NCBI GenBank assembly: GCA_016934325.1
Contig: JAFGSV010000024.1
Location: 5,306-69,305 of the forward strand
Length of the DNA stretch: 64,000 nucleotides
Reading direction: 5' to 3'
From: Candidatus Aenigmatarchaeota archaeon
GTDB lineage: Archaea > Aenigmatarchaeota > Aenigmatarchaeia > QMZP01 > JAFGSV01
Position numbers and translations under genes: made by a program. The stretch's first letter is position 1, and each line of letters starts with the position of its first letter. This document shows, in pieces, positions 60,899-64,000 of this stretch. Below the pieces are notes generated by a model, which worked only from the letters and a program-made list of their open reading frames with translations, was not told where the DNA came from and made no database searches.

Positions 60899-61795
60899 AT
60901 GAGCCTGATAGACATTCCGGAATACCCCCGGATCAGGGCCATAGAGATCAGAGACAAGCCCCTGTTCGACAAGGCCTTCAAGGAGATGCAGCCGAAGATA
61001 TCCGAGTTCACGTTCACCAACCTTTTCGTGTGGGGCAAGGCGAGAGGATACAAGGTCAGCCGGTCGGACGGGCACATCCTCGTGCATCATGTAGAGGGTG
61101 GAAGGGCTGTGTTCTTCTCTCCCATAGGCCCCGAACCCGACAGGGTGATCCTTGGCCTGTTCCGCGAGCACGGGGACAATGTTTCGTTCATCAGGGTTCC
61201 GCTCGAGGTCGCGTCCAGGCTGCCGGACAAGGATGTCCTGAAAGCCGAGGACAGGGACAGCTTCGACTACGTCTACAAGAGAAATGATCTTGCAGAGCTG
61301 AGAGGGGCGAAGTACTATCCGAAGAGGTCGTTCGCGGAGAAGGCCATGAAGTACGGCCCGATTATACTCGACGACCTCTGCGTCGACTCCGAGATGCATA
61401 AGTTCATCAGGCTCGAGCAGGAATGGTGCGACCTCAGGGGCTGCGACAAGGACAAGGCCCTGGGGGAGGAGGAGAGGGCCATCTACGCGCTGTTCGGCAA
61501 CAAGGACGTTCTGGGGGTCACCTGCGTGGCGGTCGAGATAGAGGGGAGGGTCGTCGCGTTCGCCCTCACCGAGGAACTCAACGACGAAACCTGCGTTGTC
61601 CATTTCGAGAAGGCCGACACCAGCTTGGTCGGCATGTACCAGCTGGTCAACAGGGAGTTCGCCAGGAGGGTTTCGGAGCGCCACAGGTACATAAACAGGG
61701 AGCAGGACCTCGGCATACAGGGCCTGCGCAAGGCCAAGCTGAGCTATTATCCGGCCTTCTTGGTGAAGAAGTTCAACGTGACCATGAAAAGCTAG
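60899..61795 (+). CDS. DUF2156-like protein (lysyl-phosphatidylglycerol synthase C-terminal domain-like, GNAT-related fold)
   Basis: The family-like N-terminus is FDKAFKEMQPKISEFTFTNLFVWGKARGY. Further motifs are YYPKRSFAEKA and INREQDLGIQGLRKAKLSY. Confidence 0.65.
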   Translation: MSLIDIPEYPRIRAIEIRDKPLFDKAFKEMQPKISEFTFTNLFVWGKARGYKVSRSDGHILVHHVEGGRAVFFSPIGPEPDRVILGLFREHGDNVSFIRVPLEVASRLPDKDVLKAEDRDSFDYVYKRNDLAELRGAKYYPKRSFAEKAMKYGPIILDDLCVDSEMHKFIRLEQEWCDLRGCDKDKALGEEERAIYALFGNKDVLGVTCVAVEIEGRVVAFALTEELNDETCVVHFEKADTSLVGMYQLVNREFARRVSERHRYINREQDLGIQGLRKAKLSYYPAFLVKKFNVTMKS

Positions 61796-61855
61796 GTTCT
61801 TCCAGCCGCCGCTGGTTACAGTTTCATTCCTTCTTCCCGGGATTTCTCGGATGAT

Positions 61856-62206
61856 TCATCGACTGAGACGCGTCGCCAGGACGTCCGTTATCGTCCCGTA
61901 GACTATCCCTGCCCCGATGAAGATGGCCGCCCCGCCGTAGAACGATATTCCCACGCTGACGATCGCTCCCAGTATGCCTCCTCTCAACGCAGCGTTCGCG
62001 GGATCGCCCTTGAGCATCTTGATGGGCCCGGACAGCCCTATCACCAATCCCATGAGGAGCCTGCTGTAGAATATGGTCAACAGGTACGTCATGGTCATCT
62101 CGAAGCCCGGGATCTCCACGGCCGATGTCCCATAGGCGCAGCCGAAACCGAAAAATGCGGCGACGATCAGAGCGATTCCCATCCTTCTGGGATTAATTCC
62201 TTCCAT
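61856..62206 (-). CDS. Small polytopic membrane protein (hypothetical)
   Basis: 116 aa with four Gly-rich hydrophobic segments. Confidence 0.5.
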   Translation of the reverse strand: MEGINPRRMGIALIVAAFFGFGCAYGTSAVEIPGFEMTMTYLLTIFYSRLLMGLVIGLSGPIKMLKGDPANAALRGGILGAIVSVGISFYGGAAIFIGAGIVYGTITDVLATRLSR

Positions 62207-62326
62207 TGAAAGATGTTGTTTTCAGGCCTAATAAATATACATCATTCGAAGAATTCCCCCGTGAAGAGGACCTCATCCCCCAACCATGAGCAGCCGTTCT
62301 CCACGAAATTGGCAGGATCGCTGCCG

Positions 62327-63217
62327 TCACACGCCCTTGAGATGTTCGTCGAAGAACCCTATTACCCTTCTTTCGTACTCCGTTCTCTCCGTGTGGAATG
62401 CGGCGACGTGTGGAGTGTCATCGAGAAGCCATAGCTCCTTTGGCTCCTCGGCCATGTCGTAAAGAAGCCTCGCGTCATCGAGCCCGACGAGGTGGTCACT
62501 GTCACCCTGTATTATAAGCAGGGCGTTGGGGCTTATCCCCTGCACGTAGCTGATGGGAAGGTTGTCATCGAGGTTCATGCCCCTGGCCCTGGCGAACAGG
62601 AGCGTCAGGAAGCTGAAGGGGGGCGGGAGATTGTTGTCCACGGCCTTGGCTATCAGCCTGGACCTGTCAGCGAAAGCGCTGTCCGCAACGACCGCCTTGA
62701 TATCATCAGTCTGTCCTGCGGTCGTTATGGCCGTTGCCCCTCCCATCGAGAAGCCCAGCACCCCTATGCTGGCCGGATTTGCCATTTCATTGACGAATCC
62801 GATCGCCGCCTTGAGGTCTTCGACCTCGAGCCACCCGAGGGTGGCAAGGTCCCCCCCGCTCTCCCCGTGGGCCCTGAAATCGAACATGAAGACGCTGTAT
62901 CCGTTCCTGTATAGCATCTCGGCCACCCCTATGACGTCCCCCTTGCTCGAGCCGTGCCCGTGGCACACTACGACCAGCGCATTTGATGCGTCATTTGGCA
63001 TGAGCCATCCGTCCAGCTCAACGCCGTCTGAAGAGCTGAAGACGACGTGTTCGTAATCCTCGGCGAAGTACGATGGGGTGACGGCGCTGGTCCTCCTCTG
63101 GGGATGGAAGAACGCATAGGACTGGTAGAATGGGGTGACCGAAATAAGGACAAGCAGAATGAGCAGCGCCATGCCGGCGGCTCTGAGCGCCTCGGGTTGC
63201 TTTCCCGGTCTTCCCAT
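62327..63217 (-). CDS. Alpha/beta hydrolase with an N-terminal membrane anchor
   Basis: The nucleophile elbow is GFSMGG and the oxyanion region is VVCHGHGSSKGD. Downstream are IQGDSDHLV and a late His (DTPHVAAF). The N-terminal TM helix is AAGMALLILLVLISV. Confidence 0.8.
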   Translation of the reverse strand: MGRPGKQPEALRAAGMALLILLVLISVTPFYQSYAFFHPQRRTSAVTPSYFAEDYEHVVFSSSDGVELDGWLMPNDASNALVVVCHGHGSSKGDVIGVAEMLYRNGYSVFMFDFRAHGESGGDLATLGWLEVEDLKAAIGFVNEMANPASIGVLGFSMGGATAITTAGQTDDIKAVVADSAFADRSRLIAKAVDNNLPPPFSFLTLLFARARGMNLDDNLPISYVQGISPNALLIIQGDSDHLVGLDDARLLYDMAEEPKELWLLDDTPHVAAFHTERTEYERRVIGFFDEHLKGV

Positions 63218-63528
63218 AAAAGGAATTTATATTAATATATTATATATGATTCTTCTTCTACTGAATGCCGGAAAACTACGATGTCCTGGGTGCCGTAAAG
63301 CCCCGGGAGGGTCGCCAATGGGCCCTACAAGAACGGGAATACTTGAGCTGAGGACACACAAGAAACAGATAGAAAAGAAGGAAACCAAGAAGATGGAGGT
63401 CAGGTAGTCATGCTGGCAGCGGTTTTCTTGCTCCGATAAATAATAAAGTCAATTCTATACCGAAAGAGTCGGTAATCCGACAAACCCATTCTGATAGCCT
63501 ATTAAAAACAGGCTAACCTATTAAATAT

Positions 63529-64000
63529 ATGGATTTGATTCAACTTTTTATTTTTGCTGCAATAGGCACATTCACTGGTTTTATTAGCGGGATATTTGGT
63601 ATAGGAGGAGGTTCTATCAGAATCCCGTTGCTTGCAATGACGGGAATGACTCTGATCCATGCTTTTGCAACGAATATGTTTGCAATACCCTTTTCTTCAA
63701 GTATTGGTGCGTATACTCAGAGAAAAAACATAGGCTGGAATATAACAAAGCCTTTTGTTGCAGGCGCTCTGATAGGGATAGTAATTGCCACTCTTATTGT
63801 GGGCTTTGTATCAAGCCAGTTCCTTGCAACCGTCTTCCTTTTTTCCGCATTTCTAACAATTTTCGGACTTTACCTGAACAGGATCAGTCCCAGAGTCTAT
63901 AACAAAATAAGGCCTACATGGTTTAACCTATTCTGCGGTGGATTTATCGCGAATCTTATTATTGGAATGAGGGGAGGCAGCGGAGGGACGGCTTTTCCCC
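63529..64000 (+). CDS. TSUP (TauE/SafE) family membrane transporter, 5' part (runs off the window end)
   Basis: The ATG at 63529 opens a frame that stays open to the window end. The sequence is MDLIQLFIFAAIGTFTGFISGIFGIGGGSIRIPLLAM..., which carries the family GIGGG motif. It is not in the ORF track because there is no stop. Confidence 0.65.
   Translation, partial: MDLIQLFIFAAIGTFTGFISGIFGIGGGSIRIPLLAMTGMTLIHAFATNMFAIPFSSSIGAYTQRKNIGWNITKPFVAGALIGIVIATLIVGFVSSQFLATVFLFSAFLTIFGLYLNRISPRVYNKIRPTWFNLFCGGFIANLIIGMRGGSGGTAFP

Noticed and set aside
1-64000. CRISPR arrays, rRNA genes and transposase-type IS elements
   Set aside because: Reading through the intergenic regions, I found no regularly spaced direct repeats, no rRNA-like sequence and no transposase-like ORF with terminal inverted repeats. 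The only Cas-related gene is the solo Cas4-like nuclease.

Overview
This looks like an archaeal chromosome segment. The evidence is an Orc1/Cdc6 gene, a tRNA gene with bulge-helix-bulge type introns and no encoded CCA, and HerA/DUF87-type ATPases. All GC statements below are judged by eye, not computed.

The GC-rich core flanks are 1-2250 and about 52.5-63.2 kb. The left flank holds a membrane protein and a Cys-rich anchored surface protein. The right flank holds a HerA-like ATPase, thiC, an ArsR-like regulator, thyX, glyA, a MATE exporter, a DUF2156-like protein and an alpha/beta hydrolase.

Between the flanks lies about 50 kb of compositionally mosaic accessory DNA inserted at a tRNA(CAU) gene (52080-52223, minus strand). 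A tyrosine integrase sits next to the tRNA 3' end. The 14-bp string ATGCCTCGGGCGGG, which covers the tRNA 3' end, recurs in the same orientation at 6070-6083. This delimits a roughly 46-kb integrated element with its own orc1/cdc6 at the distal end. More low-GC DNA and a degenerate att copy continue leftward to about 2.3-2.6 kb.

The element reads like a defence and cargo island:
- An AT-rich operon with a RelA/SpoT-type nucleotidyltransferase, a methyltransferase and a NitT/TauT-type ABC importer.
- A FimB/E-sized recombinase followed by a V4R, B12-radical-SAM and FeeM-like acyltransferase trio.
- A 1645-aa GHKL-DUF3883 protein.
- A coiled-coil protein plus a HerA-like ATPase fused to a winged helix and a nuclease-like tail.
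- An N6-methyltransferase, unknown protein and SNF2 helicase operon, with a divergent DUF2958 gene.
- An SbcCD-like pair.
- An AbrB, polytopic M48-like protease and winged-helix trio.
- A co-directional operon around a divergent E1/ThiF-like protein that runs directly into a Z1, PD-(D/E)xK and AIPR cluster.
- A Cas4-like nuclease module and a DUF4238 protein.

My strongest candidates for undescribed biology are the E1-like operon (38.5-42.7 kb, possibly coupled to Z1/AIPR), the RelA/SpoT-methyltransferase-ABC operon (8.2-12.9 kb), the V4R/rSAM/acyltransferase trio (14.3-17.1 kb), and the tRNA whose anticodon sits on a 7-nt micro-exon between two introns.

All family assignments come from motifs read by eye. 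No database search was run.
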